DNA of 61,449 nucleotides, counting the filler, from Diploschistes diacapsis (Eukaryota), in assembly GCA_023645945.1 (NCBI GenBank). It is 7 parts of 7 records of this genome, joined end to end, with 100 filler letters (N's around TTAATTAATTAA, not from the genome) between each part and the next. Parts side by side here need not be neighbours in the genome. Positions count along the whole stretch, not along the records: positions 33,403 to 61,449 come from JALAIB010000155.1; 6 more parts are not named here. The stretch is one strand, 5' to 3'. A model generated the notes under the pieces. That model saw only the letters and a program-made list of their open reading frames with translations. It did not search any database and had not been told where the DNA came from. Of the stretch, positions 58,994-61,449 are shown in pieces (positions within the stretch are counted from its first letter, which is position 1; each line of letters starts with the position of its first letter). A program made the position numbers and the translations under genes.

Positions 58994-61449
58994 ATGACTT
59001 ACGTATCCTCCCCAATCGCTTATCCCCCGAGTTCCTCCCCTCCGCAAGTACCTGAGTCGCGCAAACGCAGTGCCCCAACGAAGCTCGGTGCAGCTGCTAA
59101 GAAGCGTTTATTTCCAAAAGACTTTGTCCTTCCAGCAATACGAAACGAAGAAAAGCCAAGGGACTCATGTTTTACGATCCATGCGGCTATAGGTACCATT
59201 AATCGCACCGAAACGAGCAACAACCCTTTCGAAGAGGACGATCCCGTTGACGATGCTCAAGGTGCTCCTTGTGTCTCAAGGACGTCAATCGGCTCTGCTT
59301 CTAAGGCTTTGGCTTCTCCTGTTGACCCAGATCACGCAATACCACAGAGAAATGGCCAACCTTCCACGCTAAAGACATGTTCATCATCTTCTGGGAAGCG
59401 TTCCGTGATCCGCTACAGGGCCAGTAAATCCTCGATCTCGTACGAAAAACTGATCGCACAGAGATCAACATCAGCGCCAGGGAGAGCCAAGACAAGTTTC
59501 TACGGCATTGAGGTCCACAAGATCTTAAAGGAGGCCCAAGAGGCAAAGCCTAAAGAGGCAAAGCCTAAAGAGGCGGAAGTGATCGAAGAACCCATCGTTC
59601 AAAGCGTGGAGGTGCCACAGGGGAGGAAGAAGCATAGGCAAACGATGTGGACTGAAAGATACCGCGCACGAAAGTTTACTGATCTGGTTGGAGACGAAAG
59701 AACCCACCGATCCGTACTAAGGTGGCTGAAGGCATGGGATCCCCTGGTGTTTCCAGGAGCCGCTATCAAGCAAGATATCAAAGCCTGCGTTAGGGAGGAT
59801 CACTCAGAAGAGCACGGCCACCGGAAGATTCTACTGTTGACTGGACCCCCTGGGCTAGGCAAGACGACCTTGGCTCATGTGTGTGCGAAACAAGCTGGAT
59901 ATGAAGTGGTCGAAATCAACGCGAGTGACGAAAGAAACCGCGACGTTGTCAAGGGCAAGATCAGAGACTGCGTCGGGACAGAGAACGTCCGCGGCGTAAA
60001 CTCAAAGGTGGGTGAGCAGACCATTCGCAAAGCTGGACGACCCGTGTGCGTGGTAGTAGACGAAGTCGACGGAGTCGTCACTGGGAGCGGCGGAGGCGGG
60101 GAGGGAGGTTTTGTCAAGGCTCTGATCGACCTCATTCTCACAGATCAAAAGAATTCCAAGGTCGCACCTGCATCGTCAACCATCAAGGGCAAAAAGAAAA
60201 GGGGTGACTCCTTCCGCCTCCTACGCCCAATAATCCTTATTTGCAATGACGTCTACCACCCTTCTCTCCGTCCACTTCGTTCTTCCGGCCTGGGCGAGAT
60301 CCTCCATGTCCGCAAACCGCCCCTCGAGAAGATCATCGCCCGTATGAAGCATGTCTTCTCGAAGGAGGGCCTCGAGGTCGATAATGACGGCGTGCGCCGC
60401 CTCTGCGAAGCCACCTGGGGAATGTCCAGCCGCAAAGAGGACCGTACAAACTCAAACCCCGGCGAGGGCGACATCAGAGGCGTCTTGGTCGTCGGCGAGT
60501 GGGCCGCTAGCAAACTACGCTCGGCTTGCCGCTCTAGTGGTACCACTCCCCGTCTAACACGACAATGGGTAGAGAAGCATCTCATTTCCGACCTCACAAC
60601 CGGTGGCAGCGGCGCCCGCGGTATGGGCCGCGGTGGTCTGAAAGAGGCCGTAGACAGGATCTTCCTCGAAGGCGGGGGTTTCCCCAAGAACATCTCCGCC
60701 CTGTCCACCGACGGCGACGCCCAACCGCTCCCCACCCTTTCCACGGAGAAACTCTCCGGTCCCTCCAGCGTCTCGGCCACAGCCAAGGCCACCTCAACTT
60801 CGCTCCTCCGCCATCTGATTGATGCAACAGGCGAACACGACCGTCTTACCACAGACCTTTTCACACAGTACCCCTCTCGACACTTCCAAGACGACACCTT
60901 CCTCTCAAAGCCAAACATAGCCTACGACTGGCTGGCCTTCCACGACTCCGTCTCAAACAGAGTCCACCACCACCAAGACTGGGAACTAGCACCCTACCTC
61001 CCTCAAGCCGCGCTCGCATTCCACAACCTCTTCGCCTCCACTTCCCGCCCACTCGATAACGAAACCACCAACAGGCCCGTGGACGACGCCGCCACCGATG
61101 CCCCTCTTCCCTTCACCGGCCCCCGCGCTGACTTTGCCGCGACCGAGGCCCACCGCGCGACATTGAGCACACTGCAGTCCCTGCACGCCTCCCTCGCGCT
61201 GCCCCTGCACCGGCTATTCCGCAGCCCGCAGGAGCTAGCCACGGGGCTCGTGCCGTACGTCAATCGGATGCTGAATCCGGACGTGAAGCCCGTTGTGGTG
61301 GGCGGGAGCGCAGAGGCGCGCGGCACGGCGAGCGTGAGGCGCGAGGCGGAGCGGGAGATGGTCGTGAGGGGCGCTGCGGCCATGGTTGGCATGGGCGTCG
61401 AGTTCGAGAGGGTGAGGGTTGAGGAGGATGGAGCGGGGACGATGAGAGG
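58994..61449 (+). CDS. CTF18: Chromosome transmission fidelity protein 18 (RFC-like AAA+ clamp loader), runs off the window
   Basis: MWTERYRARKFTDLVGDERTHR, LLTGPPGLGKTTLAHV, EINASDER, VVVDEVDG and RPIILICNDVYHPSLRPLR. The 5' exon structure is uncertain. Confidence 0.92.
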   Translation, partial: MTYVSSPIAYPPSSSPPQVPESRKRSAPTKLGAAAKKRLFPKDFVLPAIRNEEKPRDSCFTIHAAIGTINRTETSNNPFEEDDPVDDAQGAPCVSRTSIGSASKALASPVDPDHAIPQRNGQPSTLKTCSSSSGKRSVIRYRASKSSISYEKLIAQRSTSAPGRAKTSFYGIEVHKILKEAQEAKPKEAKPKEAEVIEEPIVQSVEVPQGRKKHRQTMWTERYRARKFTDLVGDERTHRSVLRWLKAWDPLVFPGAAIKQDIKACVREDHSEEHGHRKILLLTGPPGLGKTTLAHVCAKQAGYEVVEINASDERNRDVVKGKIRDCVGTENVRGVNSKVGEQTIRKAGRPVCVVVDEVDGVVTGSGGGGEGGFVKALIDLILTDQKNSKVAPASSTIKGKKKRGDSFRLLRPIILICNDVYHPSLRPLRSSGLGEILHVRKPPLEKIIARMKHVFSKEGLEVDNDGVRRLCEATWGMSSRKEDRTNSNPGEGDIRGVLVVGEWAASKLRSACRSSGTTPRLTRQWVEKHLISDLTTGGSGARGMGRGGLKEAVDRIFLEGGGFPKNISALSTDGDAQPLPTLSTEKLSGPSSVSATAKATSTSLLRHLIDATGEHDRLTTDLFTQYPSRHFQDDTFLSKPNIAYDWLAFHDSVSNRVHHHQDWELAPYLPQAALAFHNLFASTSRPLDNETTNRPVDDAATDAPLPFTGPRADFAATEAHRATLSTLQSLHASLALPLHRLFRSPQELATGLVPYVNRMLNPDVKPVVVGGSAEARGTASVRREAEREMVVRGAAAMVGMGVEFERVRVEEDGAGTMR

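Overview
Fungal (Pezizomycotina-like ascomycete) DNA with short GT-AG introns and CTAAC-type branch points. The window is not contiguous. Seven contigs are joined by 100-bp N-TTAATTAATTAA-N spacers: six of about 5.4-5.5 kb, then one of at least 28 kb (33403-61449). The short contigs carry mostly ordinary genes: a HemK/MTQ1-like methylase, a LAT permease, CYC2, CSE4/CENP-A, DERA, a PXA-domain protein and malic enzyme. They also hold a tandem-repeat cysteine-rich secreted protein, an intronic C/D snoRNA and a 2.6-kb structured intron in the PXA gene. The long contig holds the main find, a candidate biosynthetic gene cluster (about 40.1-58.2 kb). It has an arylamine N-acyltransferase divergently paired with a PABA/ADC synthase, tRNA-Ile, and a non-reducing-type PKS with no SAT starter domain and no release domain (KS-AT-PT-like-ACP-CMeT). 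A scytalone-dehydratase-like protein and an O-methyltransferase follow, and PTH11-like membrane proteins flank both ends. This suggests an aminobenzoate-polyketide hybrid pathway; that product class is inference. All calls come from motif recognition by eye; no searches were run.
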